Assembly: GCA_012295275.1 (NCBI GenBank)
Contig: CM022665.1
Location: forward strand, 45,074,001 to 45,138,000
From: Chrysomallon squamiferum
Taxonomy: Eukaryota; Animalia; Mollusca
Direction of reading: 5' to 3'
DNA: 64,000 bases
Shown: positions 1-12,885 of the stretch, one piece after another
How positions within the stretch are numbered: the first letter of the stretch is position 1
How the letters are laid out: each line of letters starts with the position of its first letter
Program-made: the position numbers and the translations under genes
Notes under the pieces: generated by a model
Databases searched by the model: none
What the model was told of the DNA's origin: nothing
What the model saw: only the letters and a program-made list of their open reading frames with translations

Positions 1-168
1 ATTTTTATTTTTATTATTATTATTATTTTATTTCATTTGTTGGGGTTTTGGTATTTTCAGTTTAGACTTATTTATATATTTATTTATTTATTTATTTATT
101 ATTATTATTATTATTATACTGATTTTGTTTTGTGTCTGTGCGTGTGCGCGTGTGTTGGTGTGTGTGTT

Positions 169-203
<35 letters not shown>

Positions 204-253
204 CAAAAATCAGCAATTATAAATTAATATATTTAATACATTTTGTTTTTCAG

Positions 254-334
254 CAAAAGCTAAAAGCTAAAAGAAAACGACTTGATCAGATTTATGGCGT
301 CGTTGACAATTTTTGGTCAAGACAAAATAATCAG
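254..334 (+). CDS. Unidentified gene 1, internal coding exon (QKLKAKRKRLDQIYGVVDNFWSRQNNQ)
   Basis: ttttcag| acceptor, CAG|gtaaaa donor, 81 nt, phase 0-0, chains in frame with exons 735-779 and 1668-1943. Confidence 0.7.
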
Positions 335-533
335 GTAAAATTGTATTGATTATAGCACAGGTTTTGTTGTTTAAGTGTATATCTGTGTAAGTATGTGTGT
401 GTCTGTGTGTGTATTGTTATGTAAAACGTCTGTGTTTTAATGTGTTATTAATTACATAATCAAACCATTATGAACGTTTACATAAAATTATATTTTATTA
501 ATGTTATGTTTTGTCTCCATATCAGTTCATACA

Positions 534-582
<49 letters not shown>

Positions 583-613
583 TTATGGTTACATTGACAG
601 ACAGGTAGGTAAT

Positions 614-646
<33 letters not shown>

Positions 647-734
647 TATAGATAGAGATATATGCAACTGTATTCACACTTAATTCAACTTTTACAATTT
701 TAAACTGTGACTTTAATCATTTCTATTATTCTAG

Positions 735-779
735 AATAATTTGCAAGATGAAAATGAAAGGCACCTCGCTTATTTATCA
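735..779 (+). CDS. Unidentified gene 1, internal coding exon (NNLQDENERHLAYLS)
   Basis: ttctag| acceptor, TCA|gtaagt donor, 45 nt, phase 0-0. Confidence 0.7.
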
Positions 780-1139
780 GTAAGTAATTTTTAAATGTTT
801 ACTCTCTAAAATATATATCCTCTTATTTCTTAATTCATTAAAAAAAAAAAAAAAAAAAATTCTAAACGTATAACAACACACTGTACGTTAATTAAATTTA
901 AAAGATACGATAGTAACAAACGCGATTGTGAAATTCAGATAATATTAGGTTTCTGTGCAAATAGTAGCTCTTGGGTTTTAGTGCGGTATCGGTGAACGGA
1001 GGAATTTAATCAAAGAAAACTACTGATTATTTCTTTATCAGTTCTGAAATGAAGTGACTTTTGGTCAGGCAGAGCTTATTGGAATGTTAGCATGTTTCTT
1101 GTTTGTGAATGTGCGTGCCTTTGTGTATGACTCATTTAT

Positions 1140-1400
1140 TCTATCAATCTCTCTATCTATCTATCTGTCTGTCTGTCTCTCTGTCTGTTTATCTATCTGT
1201 CTGTCTATCTATCTAACTGTCTGTCCATCTGTCTACATATCTATCTGTCTATCTATCTATCTAACTGTCTATCTATCTATCTATCTAACTCTGTCTGTCT
1301 GCCTATCTATCTATCTAACTGTCTGTTTGTCTATCATTCGGTCATTCATTTTCTCTGTCTGTCTATCTGTCTGTCTATTTGTTCAATTTCTATTTGTCAA
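1140..1400. repeat. (TCTA/TCTG)n compound microsatellite
   Basis: Direct inspection; intronic. Confidence 0.9.
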
Positions 1401-1432
1401 TCTATTTCTCAGTATATCTATCTACTATTACT

Positions 1433-1615
1433 GTTATTGATGATGTTGATGTTGTTGATGTTGTTGATGTTGTAGATGTTGTAGATGTTGTAGATGTTGT
1501 AGACGTTGTAGATGTTGTAGATGTGGATGTTGTAGACGTTGTTGATGTTGTAGATGTTGTTGATGTTGTAGACGTTGTTGACGTTGTTGATGTGGTAGAT
1601 GTTGTAGATGTCGAC
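1433..1615. repeat. (GATGTTGTW)n 9-bp minisatellite, intronic
   Basis: About 20 tandem units; produces spurious VDV/TST/HLQ ORFs. Confidence 0.9.
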
Positions 1616-1667
1616 GTTTTGTCTTCGTATTTAAAATAAAAAAAAGTTTCCACTTTTCGCTTCTCAG

Positions 1668-1943
1668 ACCCTTCAGCGCCGAAAAGCGAGAGAGAACTGG
1701 AAGAAACTGAGGACGATGCTGCTGGGAGAGCAGCGCTCCGACCAGTACGACGTCGACGGCGACGACAACTACGACATGGAAGGAAACTGGGACATCGTGA
1801 CCGTTCCCAGCGACGACGCTTCCATGCACGGCAACAACTGCATCCAGCCATTCGGGGGGATTCGCATAACGAGTCCAGGACCGCTGAGCATTCTCAACTG
1901 GGACACCCACTCAAGCGATGGAGTCCTGATTCATTGGGATTGA
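1668..1943 (+). CDS. Unidentified gene 1, terminal coding exon (TLQRRKARENWKKLRTMLLGEQ...VLIHWD*)
   Basis: cttttcgcttctcag| acceptor in frame with ORF 1716-1943; GC-rich coding-like island; TGA at 1941-1943; protein family not recognised. Confidence 0.75.
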   Translation, partial: TLQRRKARENWKKLRTMLLGEQRSDQYDVDGDDNYDMEGNWDIVTVPSDDASMHGNNCIQPFGGIRITSPGPLSILNWDTHSSDGVLIHWD

Positions 1944-2634
1944 GGTGTAAAAAACACAAAAAAAAAAAAACAAAAAAAAAAAACACAGAAAATACTGACA
2001 AGGTTAATGAAATTATCGGAAAAAACAACAACAACAAAAATAAAAAACACAGAAAATGTTGACAAGGTTAATGAAATTATTGGAAAAAAAAAAAAAAAAA
2101 TATTAAAAAAAAATATATATAAAATTCGACTATCGTCGTCTGACTGTCTGAATTTTTAAAACTTTAGAAAGGTCTGAACACTTGGCGTAAGTCCTTAAGC
2201 TATTGGCCAATATTTAAAAAAAACAGGCAGGCCAAGGCTCTAAACGACTGGTCAGAATTACTCACGAACACAGCCAATGAATGCTGCCTTAGCAATAAGT
2301 CTAGTCTTGTATTGTGAAATCTGATTGGTCAGAATTTAATGGAGATTTTAGTGCTACGAACTGACAATCTACAAAACAATAACAATGGAAAACGAAAAAG
2401 GAAAGAAAAGGGTAAAAAAAAAAAAAAAGAGAGAAGAAGAAGAAATCATTGTAATCAGAAGATATATAAGAAATGTTATATTTGTAAACAGAAGAAAATC
2501 TGGAAGCTAAAACTGAAAGCTGGAATTGTTTGCGTTTTTATTCAAAACCCAGAATGACAATCAAATAATTCGTGTTTAAACCAAATGACTTTAATAAAAT
2601 AGTGGCCTTAATTTATTTTATTTATTTATTTATT

Positions 2635-2639
<5 letters not shown>

Positions 2640-2697
<58 letters not shown>

Positions 2698-2805
2698 TTG
2701 TTGTGTTATTATTATTATTATATCATTATTATTATTTTATTGTTTTATTATTATTATTATATCATTATTATTATTATCATCATTATATTATTATTATTAT
2801 TATTA

Positions 2806-2881
<76 letters not shown>

Positions 2882-2888
2882 TATTATA
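2640..2888. repeat. (ATT)n microsatellite
   Basis: Direct inspection. Confidence 0.95.
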
Positions 2889-3438
2889 TAAATAAAAATG
2901 ATATTTGCATTGATAACTATGGCCCAAGATCAATATTTTGTTTGGAAGTGTAGCAGGAATCTATGATCCATCAAAATAAACAGGAGATTTTTCGAAACTT
3001 TATTTGTGACAATACTTGTGCCATAATTTGTAATCATAAAACTGTTGTCGTCGTTGCCGCATCGCTACATGTGAGAAGTCGAAGTTAATGTTGACGTGAT
3101 TTTTTTGACGCGTGTATTAAACGTAATACACCTTTAGCAGTGATATGATCACAGTGAGGTATTACGTAATTGATCCGGCAACCATTTTTTTTTTTTTTTT
3201 TTTTTAATACTCAGCAGACTAATTACATGCAAGCGTTATTCCATTCTTGTGGATTTCGGTGAATATCATGTACATAGCAGTTATATGTTAATAAATTAGA
3301 GATATGTTTGAATAGACATTGTTTAAAAATGTTTCTAAATATGTCCACTTGTAATATTTTCGTTTGATTTACAAATTTCGGATTCGAAATCCGGATTTTA
3401 TTAGTTTTATTTAATTATTTATTTATTTATTTATTTAT

Positions 3439-3495
<57 letters not shown>

Positions 3496-4186
3496 TTTAT
3501 ATATACAGACACACATACACACATATTATTTTATTTATTTATTTTAATTTTTTTTTATCATTATTGTATTTCATTTCGTTTCGTTTTGTTTTGTTTTGTT
3601 TTATTTTATTTTATGTATTTTATTATTTTTTACTTGTCGTTGTTGTTTTGTTTCCTTTTGTTTATTTGTTTGTTTGTTTTGTTCTTGGGAGATGCTTATT
3701 ATGGTTCTTGACTATTTCTTTTGGTGTTTGTCTTTGATTTTTTTAATTATTTTTTTATTTCATTTCTTTTTTTTTTTTTTTTTTTTTCTTCTTTTTTTTC
3801 TTTAGCTTCATCATTGTGAAGAAAATTTAAGCAAATAAAAAACTGAGGTGCTTTTATATGAAGTCAAACTTGCAGTGTTGTTGTTTGTTTTGTTTTGTTT
3901 CTTTTTTCTTTCTTTTTTTTTGTTGTTGTTGTTGTTGTTTTGGTTTTTTTTTTGTTGTTGTTGTTGTTATAAAAACTAGGAAACGAAAAAAGAAAGCACG
4001 AAAACGATAGAAAGAAGGAGTTAATGAATAAAAGAAAAAAGAAAAGTAAAGGGAAAGGGAAAGAAGAAAAATAATAAAAACATTTTATTCTATATTCATG
4101 TTGAATACGTAAGTAGAAGAAAAGAGAAAAACGATGGAAAGAAAGAAAGAAAGAAAGAAAAGAAAATAAAGAACAATTGATAGAAG

Positions 4187-4271
<85 letters not shown>

Positions 4272-4405
4272 TTTACAGTCATATATAGATTAAATTGATT
4301 TAATATATGTATATATAATATGTATATGTATGCATGTATGTATTTATGTAAGTATGTGTGTATGTACGTTATTATACATACATACATATATTATATTTAT
4401 AACTA

Positions 4406-4451
<46 letters not shown>

Positions 4452-4709
4452 GTCGTTATTATTATTATTATATCTTAAATCAACTCAGTTTGTTTGCATG
4501 CAAACTAACAAAGAAACAAACAAATAATGATAATAATAATAACTAAAGACGTTATAAAACAACAAATTACATACGATTATTTTAATGTACGCACCTAAAA
4601 TTACAGATGATGTAACACTTCCGTATGACATAGTCATCGTTCACACAAAACTGAATCAGCCGAGGGTTGTTTTTTTTTTTTTTTTTTTCATTATTATTAC
4701 ATTTTGTTT

Positions 4710-4925
4710 TCGGAAATGACTCATCACACATGTGTTAGCCCTGAAAAAAAAACAAAAAAAATTCCTGCATTTTTCAAGGAAAGAAATTGGACCCGCCTCG
4801 TGACTTTAACCCAGGCTAATCTGATATCGCCTTTAAAACACTCGTGCTTTGTGCTGTTCGAAAGAGTTATCGTTTCTAAGCAACGAAGTTATTTGCTCCG
4901 CCCCTTTTCCGTGACGTAAGTCGGT
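4710..4925 (+). promoter_or_regulatory. Candidate promoter of the CABIT-SAM gene
   Basis: GGAAATGACTCA (Ets+AP-1, 4712-4723), CTCCGCCCC GC box (4896-4904) and GTGACGTAA CRE-like site (4911-4919) in a CpG-richer island; candidate first donor CAA|gtaagt at 5497. Confidence 0.45.
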
Positions 4926-5103
4926 GGTCACTGCGCTTCTGGAGTAACACCATGTGGGTGACCTTTGCGTGTGGTATTTGTTACGTTGCAGTCAAGAATA
5001 CCGCTGCAAACGGGATTGATTAAACACGAGGTTCGAGAATGGAAACATTATAATTCAACTTAAATTACCAGAAGATTATAATACTATTTTACTGTTGATA
5101 GAG

Positions 5104-5135
<32 letters not shown>

Positions 5136-5752
5136 GAAAAAAAAAAGTCAGTTAATATGATTTATATATACCAGAAATAAGTGGGTGAAATTAAGAACGA
5201 GCGAATGATGAAAATGAATTAATTTTTGAAAATATTTAACAGATGAATAAATTTTGAAAAATGTTTTTGGACAAATTAGTGAACGGAGGAACGAATGAAT
5301 GAATGACTGAATAGATGAATAAATGAACAAGATGGATGGATGGATGGATGGATGGATGGATGCACAGATGGATGAATAAAAAAACCGACCTCGATGCATT
5401 TAAATATAAAGGTCATTAGGTTTTAAATATATGGCTTTAAAATAAAAATAATAAGATGTCAGGTTCGTTAAAATCCGCTACTTTTGTCGATTACAAGTAA
5501 GTATTTATATATAAATATATCTATCGTTCTTTCTTTCTTTTTATTTTCTTTTTAATTTTACTCTTGTTTTTTCCTCTTTTTTTATTTCTTTTTTTTCACT
5601 TTTTTTTTCATTTTATATACAATACATGTCGTTTTAATGGAGCTAAAGAATGTTAAGAATGAATTTGGTTATTTTTACTTTAGTTGTTAGGTTAGTTGAT
5701 TTTAAATGGGTAGGGAACTAAGATAAACACTAAGATGTATGATCTGGATGAA

Positions 5753-5754
<2 letters not shown>

Positions 5755-5838
<84 letters not shown>
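5755..5838. repeat. (AG)n microsatellite
   Basis: Direct inspection; similar tracts at 6133-6222 and 12752-12882. Confidence 0.95.
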
Positions 5839-5843
<5 letters not shown>

Positions 5844-6129
5844 AAAAAAAATTAGAACATTTACGGAAACTGATAAATAGATACATAGCAAATAGGGAAC
5901 ACTTTTAGTGTAGTCTTATAAATAAACAAAGCAGACACGGACAAACAGGCTTACAACATTCGAATAATACTTGATCGTCTCGTTATATAATTATTTATGC
6001 ATATCAAACGATGCGTAATAACATTCTACCAATCCGATTGCATCACTTGTGAAAAGGGGAATCACCTTTTATAAATAAATGTAAAGGAAATTCTGTTATG
6101 GCGGAAAATGGCGTTGTAAAAGAGGAAGA

Positions 6130-6227
<98 letters not shown>

Positions 6228-6389
6228 TACATTTGATCAAGGAAGTGGGCACAGATGTTGCTATTTGATATCAACACATGATGTGTATTGCAATGTGTCG
6301 ATTATTAAAGAACAGATGATGGGAAATTAATAACTGCATGTTGTTAAGATTTTATTTTTAAAAAGGTAAAATTTTTATTAGTTTAAAAT

Positions 6390-7251
6390 TATTTTTATTT
6401 CGTTTTATTTATTTATTTATTTATTATTATTATTATTATTTTTTTATTATTTATCTATTTATTTTATTATTTATTTATTTATTTTATTTATTTACTTTAT
6501 TATTTTTTATTTATTAATTTTATTTTTTTATTTTATTATTTTTTTATTTATTTTATTATTTTGTATTTATGTATTTATTTATTTATTTATTTATTTGTAT
6601 TTTATATTTATTTATTTATTTATTTATAATTTAATTATTTATTTATTTATAATTTATTTATTTGTTTGTTTGTTTATTTTATAAATCAATAATTTAGAAA
6701 AAGCTCTGATTATAATAAAGATTAACAAGTAAACAAAATATTTTTCCATTCTGAGTTGAAGCTTTCTCTTAATTAATTATTTTATTTTATTTATTCTTAA
6801 TTGCTTATTATTATTTTGTTATTTGTTAATTTATTTATTCTATTCAATTTTAATATTGTTTAACTTTTAAATTTTATTTTGTTTTATTTTATTTACTTAC
6901 TAACTATTTTGTTTATTATTCATTTTAATTTTAAAAATTAATTAATTAATTTATTTATTTATTATTTTACTTTATTTTATTTTATTTATTTATTTATTTA
7001 TTTATTTTTTATTTATTTATTTATTTTTATTTTTATTTATTTATTTATCATTTATTTATTTATTTATTTTTATTGATTTATTTATCATTTATTTTTTTTA
7101 TTTATTTATCATTTATTTATTTATTTATTTATGTATTTATTTTATTTTATTTTTATTTATTTATTTATCATTTATTTATTTTATTTATTTATTTATTTAT
7201 CATTTATTTATTTATTTATTATTTATTTATTTATTTTATTTATTCATTCAT

Positions 7252-7314
<63 letters not shown>

Positions 7315-7350
7315 TTTGTATTTATTTATCATTTATTTATTTATTTATGT
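6390..7350. repeat. (TTTA)n low-complexity tract
   Basis: Direct inspection; source of spurious F/I/Y/L ORFs. Confidence 0.9.
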
Positions 7351-8179
7351 ATGTACTTTACACCGTGTTAAACAGACAATCAGTTTGCTTGCTGGCAACC
7401 AGTAAATCCTGTTTGTGTATCGAACTTGTCAGCCAGGGAGCGAGCGACCTGCATTTCATTCACTGATTTATTTTTATCTGGGGCCAAATGACCTTAGTAC
7501 TGGTACAGCGAACTAGGAAGTTTGCAAATCTACACACATAACTAATCTTTTGTGTGTGTTGTGTGTGTGTGTGTGTGTGTGTGTGTATCACGCGATTTAT
7601 ACCGAGCATAAAAAATAATATTAATAATAAATAGAATAAATAGAATAAATAGAATAAATAGAATAAATTGAAATAAATGAAAAAATATTTTAAAAAATAA
7701 ATAAATAAAAATAAAAATAAATAAATAAATAAATAAATATAAATAAATAAATAACAACATATTTTAAGAAAAACATTCTGTTGTTTCTGATTAAAAAGCT
7801 TCACGGAATTAGAAATGAAAATTTTAAAATTATGATAACGGCAAAAATCACAATGAGAATATAACAGGTCAGCGGGGTGTGTCCGTCGCATTTCGTATTC
7901 AGTTCAGTTTGAATAAATAGTCACAGACATATAGAGACTATTACTGGCTTTTTAACAAACGCTGTCGTATAAAAAAAATTCAGTGGGTTTCTATTTAACA
8001 TAGCTGTAAAGAAAAACATTATATCATTTTTTTTTTTTTTTTTTTCTTTTAGTTCAGTAGTGTTAAATTTTTTTCTTTTTTTCGCTCTGTATACAACAGA
8101 CAAAAACACGTCACACGGTATTCGCGGCGACTCGGAACGTTTTTATCTTCGCTGTTTATTTCACGTCGTGAAAACAAAT

Positions 8180-9389
8180 ATGGAGGACGTTACAGACGAT
8201 AGCTGCTGGTCGGGGGAGACTTACAAGCTGTCCGAGATACCGGACAAAGCGGACCTTCCGACGCTCGTGCAGGTGTGTGAAGGAATATACTCGACGCAGG
8301 ACTGCAGCACGTTCTCGCAAGGGGACATCATCAAAATAGACGCGAGCGAGACGGTTGAAATGGCGGCGGCTCACTTCGCCGTGTGGAAAGGAGACTGCTA
8401 CAAGCCGCAGGGAGAGGAGCTGTACGTACCGACCAGCTACCGAGGCAGAGTGCGAGTGTGCCCTTTACACGGGACGAACCACGTGTACGGGTCGGTGGAC
8501 GAGCTGATACGCTACTTCCCCAAGTTCGTCAAAGTCGTGCAAGGCTTCACGTTCAACGACAGAGGCAAGACGACTGTGCTGCGAGCAAACGACGTCTTAG
8601 AACTGCTGAAATTGATCGGGACTGCGAAAACGGGCGCGGAGGCGCTGAGAGTCCGGCACAACGGCTCCGAGCTGATCCTTCGGAAAGACCTGAAAGCGAG
8701 GTTCTCCACGCTCGACATAGAGGTCGACTACACGGTGGACGAGGTGATGAAGTTCAAAATGCCTCAGTGCATCAAGTTCATCGGGCAGGACATCAGCCTG
8801 TTCACGTCGAAGGACTTCCAAGAGGCCGTGTCCAACATCTCCCTCTTCGACGGCTACTTCATGCTCAACGGGCGAAAGAAGACGCGCACCGTGCTGGTGG
8901 GCCACTACAAATCCTACGGCACCGACGGCGCTTCGAGGTTTTCACGCCGCAGTGCGGTCGTCCTTCCCTTGGACAACCCCGACGTCGCCAGCATCGAGGT
9001 GAGGGTCCCCACCTACATGGACTGCAGCGACTACGAGGTGTTCGTCCTGAAGCACTTCTCCGAGTGCGACATCAGCCAGAGAGTGGACGGGCTGCTGTAC
9101 ATCGACTTCTCCAACAAACCCGGGGTGGTGTTCCCCAAAGACCTCAGCGGTGGGCCCCCGGTCATACCCCCGAGGCGGGACAAGACCGCCACAACCGATC
9201 CAGTGAGCTCGGACACGCCCCCGCCCCGTCCCCCGAAACCAGGGAAGTGCCTTGCCCAGAAGAAGGAAGTGAAAAGCAAAGTGAAAGCCCAGCGTCAGCC
9301 GGCTTACGAGAATCACCACAGAAAATGTTCGGATTCCGACAGTAGTTCTTCAAAGAAACCCACGAAGGTTGTGTCTCCAGTACAACAAG
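8180..9389 (+). CDS. CABIT-domain (THEMIS/GAREM family) adaptor protein, coding exon 1
   Basis: Acceptor aacag| at 8099, ATG at 8180. LPTLVQVCEGIY..FSQGDIIKI and YTVDEVMKFKMP resemble the THEMIS CABIT segments LPRVLEIQAGIY..FSTGEVIKI and YTLKEIVEWKIP (recalled from memory). PPPRPPKP motif; donor CAAG|gttagt, phase 1. Confidence 0.88.
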
Positions 9390-9404
9390 GTTAGTGAAGT
9401 AGTA

Positions 9405-9413
9405 GTAATAATA

Positions 9414-9478
<65 letters not shown>

Positions 9479-10070
9479 TAATAATAATAATTATTTTTAC
9501 TGGTTTTTCTATATCAAGATACTTTTGAATTGTACAAATAAACGACCTTAAGCATGTATGTATGTATGTATGTATGTATGTGTGTATGTATATATGTATG
9601 TATCTATGTATGTACGTATATGCATGTGTGCATGTATGTATGTATAAATATATGCATGTATGTGTATGTATGAACATATGTATGTATGTATGTATGAATG
9701 TATATATGAATATATATCTCTGTAAGCAGATATGTATGTTTGCGTATGCATGAAAATGCATATAATTATGTATAATGCATGACTATATATATGTGGGTCT
9801 ATGTATGAATATATGTATGAATGTAAGTATGTGTATTTATGTGTGTGTGTATATGTTTATGTATGTATGTATAAACTGGCGTATTATTATGTATGAATAT
9901 ATGTATGTATGTATGTATATGTATGTATGTATGTATGTATGAATGTATGTAAGTATATGTATGTTTGTATGTTTGTATATGCATGTATAAATATATGTAT
10001 GAACATATGTATGCATGTATGAATCTATGTATGTATATATGTATGTATGTATGGATGGATGGATGGATGA

Positions 10071-10118
<48 letters not shown>

Positions 10119-10160
10119 CTGTGTGTGTGTGTGTGTTTCTGTGTGTGTGTGTGTGTGTGT
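9405..10160. repeat. (AAT)n, (ATGT)n and (GT)n compound microsatellites, intronic
   Basis: Direct inspection. Confidence 0.9.
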
Positions 10161-10278
10161 GATGGGTAATTCAGAAAACATGTTTTTAAATGTATCTGAC
10201 GTTTCTTTGAGCTACGTTTAAAATGTGTTTATTTATTAACAAAAAAACAAAAAAAAATCCATCGTCTTTGATTCCCAG

Positions 10279-10374
10279 GATCCGCTTCTGGCAGCGAGAC
10301 TGGTGAGTTTGTCATAGGAGACATTTTCGGTTACAGCGAGACCGGCAGTGATGGTATATTCATGAATGAAGAAG
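10279..10374 (+). CDS. CABIT-SAM protein, coding exon 2 (GSASGSETGEF...IFMNEE)
   Basis: attcccag| acceptor, GAAG|gtttgt donor, 96 nt, phase 1-1, open; an in-frame alternative donor CTG|gtgagt lies at 10303. Confidence 0.7.
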
Positions 10375-10852
10375 GTTTGTTATTTCGAATTACTTTCTAC
10401 GAAAATAAACATTGATCAAATATTAATTCTGTATATGTATTTCATCACCAGCGAGCGTATTGATGGGTATTTGTGAGTTTAATATATATATATATATATA
10501 TATAATTTTTTTTTTTTAAATTCTCGTTAGTAGTAGTGTTTACTGTTATGATTGTTGTTATTAATATTACTACTGCTAGCACCTCTACCACTGCTACTAT
10601 TACTGTTACTGTTGCTGCTACTACTACTACGATACTACTATTATTATAATTGATGCAGCAGCCGTTATTATCATTATTATATCATCATGATCATTAATTT
10701 TACTATTATTATTATCATCATTATCATCATAGGCGAATACTATTATATTTTATGCGACTGTAACCATTACTGTAATAATTATTTTTAATTATTTGTATTT
10801 ATTAAACGTATGACAAACAATTAACAGTTATTAATAATGATTAATTTTCCAG

Positions 10853-10881
10853 ATTTTGAAAAAGCCTACCAAAACAATCCT
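10853..10881 (+). CDS. CABIT-SAM protein, coding exon 3 (DFEKAYQNNP)
   Basis: ttttccag| acceptor, CCT|gtaagt donor; 29 nt converts phase 1 to phase 0, as the last exon requires. Confidence 0.8.
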
Positions 10882-11284
10882 GTAAGTAGCTTATCTACTT
10901 CCTGCTAAACCTCCTTTAAACTAACGATAACAAAATGATGACATTTTAATCCGATAAAAGCTTACTGATCACGACCTTAAATTTTGTTTTCCATTACATA
11001 TAACTGTTACATAATTTAACTATAAGAACTGAAGGATATATGTAAATACTTCAAAGTATTAATACAAAAAAAAATAAAAAAATAAATAATAATAATAATA
11101 ATGACCGCGATAATGAATACTCCAAAATAGGCTACAACCTTGTGAAATTAAGCTTAGTAGTTAATCGAATATTGAAATATATTTAATCGACAAGCCAAAA
11201 TTCTATTTTTCTATTTATTTATTTATTTATTTATTTAAATAATTTATTATCCTTAATTGAAATTATTACTTTTAAATTATGCAG

Positions 11285-11785
11285 AGTGATGTGGCACGGA
11301 AAAAAATAAAAGGGATTTTTCACAAGATAAAAAAGTCTTTGGTGCCTAAACCGTCGTCTGCCGAACAAGAAACCGGAAATGACGATACCGAGGCGGGAAA
11401 TGAAGACGACGAATCCGGTCCCGTGTACGATTACGTAGACGAAAAGACGCTTCTTTCGGCGAAACAGTCTGCACAGACTTCGCCACCCCAAACTGGCGGC
11501 GTGACGTCATCGAAGATCAAAACCGCAGTCGTGCAGCCTTTCCAGAAGGCAAAAGTCGAATCCAAGGATAACACATTCAAGAGCCTAAACGTCAGTGAGC
11601 TGGCGGAGTTTTTCAAAGCATGCGCACTGGACGGACTTGCGCAGATCGTGAAGTCCAACATGCTCGATGGGGATCTTTTCTCGGGCCTCACTGACAACGA
11701 TCTGAAAAAGGAGCCATTTTGCTTGAACAATCTGGACGTCAAAAAAGTGAGACGAATGCAGCAAGGTTGGTCACCATCCCTTTGA
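11285..11785 (+). CDS. CABIT-SAM protein, terminal exon with C-terminal SAM domain
   Basis: atgcag| acceptor, phase 0. LNVSELAEFF..LDGDLFSGLTDNDL..LNNLDVKKVRRMQQGWSP resembles the GAREM SAM tail ending in GWRP; TGA at 11783-11785. Confidence 0.85.
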   Translation, partial: SDVARKKIKGIFHKIKKSLVPKPSSAEQETGNDDTEAGNEDDESGPVYDYVDEKTLLSAKQSAQTSPPQTGGVTSSKIKTAVVQPFQKAKVESKDNTFKSLNVSELAEFFKACALDGLAQIVKSNMLDGDLFSGLTDNDLKKEPFCLNNLDVKKVRRMQQGWSPSL

Positions 11786-12003
11786 AATTTGGGTGAATTC
11801 TGTGTGTGTATTTTATATATCACTGTATGTGAGGTCTAAGTCTTTACTGACAATTGTTGTGCAACAGCTATATATATATATATATAGTTCCTTAATGAGT
11901 GCCTAGTATCAAACTTCGACAAAGCTGTGATAAGATAATGGAAACAGATTCCAAAATGTGCTCTATTACAACATTTTGGGGTGATGTTTTTAAGGGGGGG
12001 GTT

Positions 12004-12040
<37 letters not shown>

Positions 12041-12234
12041 CATTTTATTTTCATTTTGTTTTTTTCTCATTTTCACCCCTTCAAACATGTATAAATATGT
12101 ACATATACTCATACAGACGGAATTTTAAACAGTTGTTGCCACTGTTCTTGCTGTTGTTATTATTATCAGTGGCATAATTCGTTAGATGTGAAGCATATAC
12201 AATTTGATAACAGAGTTAGGCCAGGAAACACTGG

Positions 12235-12266
<32 letters not shown>

Positions 12267-12385
12267 CATTATACAAAAGCTTCGTCCTAACTTGAGAAAA
12301 ACCTCTAAGACAGGACAAACAAGAATTTTTTTATTACTACTAGTAATTGGTTTCATTTCAAATTATGAAGTTAAGGACTAAACGA

Positions 12386-12428
<43 letters not shown>

Positions 12429-12749
12429 ATGCAGGTAAGTGCTTTTTTTTTAGATTGTTTTCTTTCTCTTGTTTTTTTGGTTAAAGTTAGACTATTAAAT
12501 AATTTTACAAAGCTTTAATTCGACTATCGGCGATAATAGGAATAAAATAACTGTTTTGTACGTCAGCTGTAGCTATTTAATAATATATTCATGATCTGAG
12601 TAGCAAAGGTAGAAATCCGATCCACAGTGTATGACTACGTGGTGACTTTGTTGATAAGATAAAGTTGTATCAAGTAGGTTTACGTTATCAATGAGACTTT
12701 GATAGCTATCTCGAATGGAATTATATTTTTTATGCTGTAGGTTCTTGGT

Positions 12750-12885
<136 letters not shown>

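Noticed and set aside
1379-1910. ORFs with VDV, TST or HLQ repeats (mucin- or antifreeze-like)
   Set aside because: Translations of an intronic 9-bp minisatellite and of the antisense strand of the real exon
2200-2335. CCAAT cluster downstream of gene 1
   Set aside because: No associated start or exon found; insufficient for a promoter call
7385-7403. 15-mer TTGCTGGCAACCAGT also present inverted near 26080
   Set aside because: Too short to distinguish an RFX-like site from a small repeat or chance
2572-7466. Numerous I/L/Y/F-rich or SL-rich ORFs
   Set aside because: Microsatellite translations
8383-9345. 320-aa overlapping + strand ORF and antisense ORFs
   Set aside because: Shadow frames of the GC3-rich CABIT exon; Arg-rich with no recognisable domain
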